Source: Eubacteriales bacterium
GTDB lineage: Bacteria; Bacillota; Clostridia; Oscillospirales; CAG-272
Assembly: GCA_045634705.1 (NCBI GenBank)
Contig: JAZRAU010000082.1
Span: forward strand, 1 to 48,002
Direction of reading: 5' to 3'
Length of the DNA stretch: 48,002 bases
The notes beneath the pieces were generated by a model. The model ran no database searches and was not told the origin of the DNA. It was given only the letters and a program-made list of their open reading frames with translations. The stretch's first letter is position 1, and each line of letters opens with the position of its first letter. Below are positions 47,254 to 48,002 of the stretch, piece after piece. A program made the position numbers and the translations under genes.

Positions 47254-47282
47254 TTGAAATTTGATGTTTTATTGGGTATAAT
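47254..47282 (+). promoter_or_regulatory. sigma-A-type promoter candidate for nadE
   Basis: TTGAAA (47254..47259), a 17-nt spacer, then TATAAT (47277..47282). Confidence 0.5.
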
Positions 47283-47310
47283 AGAAAAAAACATTCAAGG
47301 AGAAGGGTTA

Positions 47311-48002
47311 TGAGAGACTGCGAAACCGAGATCCGCGAGCGCGTTGCCTTTATCAAGGATCTCTTGGCCGAGGCCCACGCCGACGGCATCATTTACGGCA
47401 ACAGCGGCGGTAAGGACTGCACGCTGGTGGGGGCGCTCTGCAAGCTGGCCTGCGAGAATACCGTGGGCGTGATCCTGCCCTGCTCCTCGGGCCGCAATTA
47501 CGGCTCCGACCGTGACGATGCACTGGCCGCCGCCGCGACCTTTGGCATCGAGCAGCGCACGGTAGACCTCACCCCTGTGCGCGAGGCACTCCTTTCCTCG
47601 CTGGAGGGCGCCACCAAACCGAACGCGCAGGCTCTTACCAACATTGCCCCGCGCCTCCGTATGACCACGCTTTACGCCATTGCCGCCGCCGAAAACCGTA
47701 TGGTGGCGGGCACGGGCAACAAGTGCGAGATCTTTATGGGCTACTTTACCAAATGGGGGGACGGCGGCTCGGACTTCAACCCGATCGCCGATCTGACGGT
47801 GGAGGAGGTCTATGCCCTTCTCTCCTATCTCGGCGCTCCCGAGAGCATCATCAAAAAGGCCCCCTCCGCAGGGCTTTACGAGGGCCAGACCGATGAAGGC
47901 GATATGGGCGTTACCTATGCCGCCGTGGCCGATTACATGGCGGGCCGCCCCGTGAGCGACCACGACCGCGCCATTATCGAGCGCTATCACGCAAGGAGCG
48001 AG
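47311..48002 (+). CDS. nadE: ammonia-dependent NAD+ synthetase; the 3' end is outside the window
   Basis: My own translation gives MRDCETEIRERVAFIKDLL...IIYGNSGGKDCTLVG (PP-loop variant). It continues GTGNKCEIFMGYFTKWGDGGSDFNPIADL...KAPSAGLYEGQTDE. There is no stop in the window, so it is absent from the ORF track. The minus-strand ORF 47295..47990 is its antisense shadow. Confidence 0.88.

Noticed and set aside
1-48002. A whole-window search by eye for CRISPR repeats, tRNA/rRNA genes, transposase, integrase or phage genes, and defence-system hallmarks.
   Set aside because: I saw no regularly spaced direct repeats and no T-loop GGTTCGAAT-type tRNA signatures. I saw no rRNA motifs and no DDE, tyrosine or serine recombinase motifs. 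Gene content and synteny are those of conserved chromosomal core.

Overview
This 48-kb window looks like chromosomal core from an endospore-forming Firmicute (Clostridia-like), with GC estimated by eye at high 50s percent. I place about 45 protein genes plus one RNA gene, and they are tightly packed. Several blocks match Bacillus/Clostridium synteny. On the minus strand these are ftsH-hpt-tilS; dnaB-rplI-gdpP; mutS2; recO-era-ybeY-phoH-yqfD-yqfC; and an MBL hydrolase-recR-ybaB-dnaX-SRP RNA. On the plus strand these are recG-rarA-lipid kinase-comEC, clpC, and rpmG-secE-nusG-rplK-rplA. Sporulation regulators spo0A and an uninterrupted pro-sigK are present. Two genes are missing from the ORF track: rpmG (49 aa, below the size cut-off) and a Bacillus-type large SRP RNA upstream of dnaX. 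Two genes truncated by the window edges are also missing from it: ftsH (1..1933, minus) and nadE (47311..48002, plus). I see no CRISPR array, transposase, integrase, prophage or defence-island signature, and I could not recognise a clearly new multi-gene system. The least ordinary items are listed here. (1) A SleC-type cortex-lytic enzyme locus whose pro-region and catalytic region are separate, translationally coupled ORFs. (2) A roughly 380-bp hairpin-rich non-coding stretch between clpC and the rpmG promoter. (3) A divergent receiver-like OmpR-type regulator immediately upstream of sigK. (4) A ComEC whose C-terminal metallo-beta-lactamase motifs are lost, while an intact ComEC-type MBL lipoprotein is coupled to recR. 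(5) A solitary MazF toxin with no antitoxin ORF. All family assignments come from motif recognition by eye, and no database search was run.
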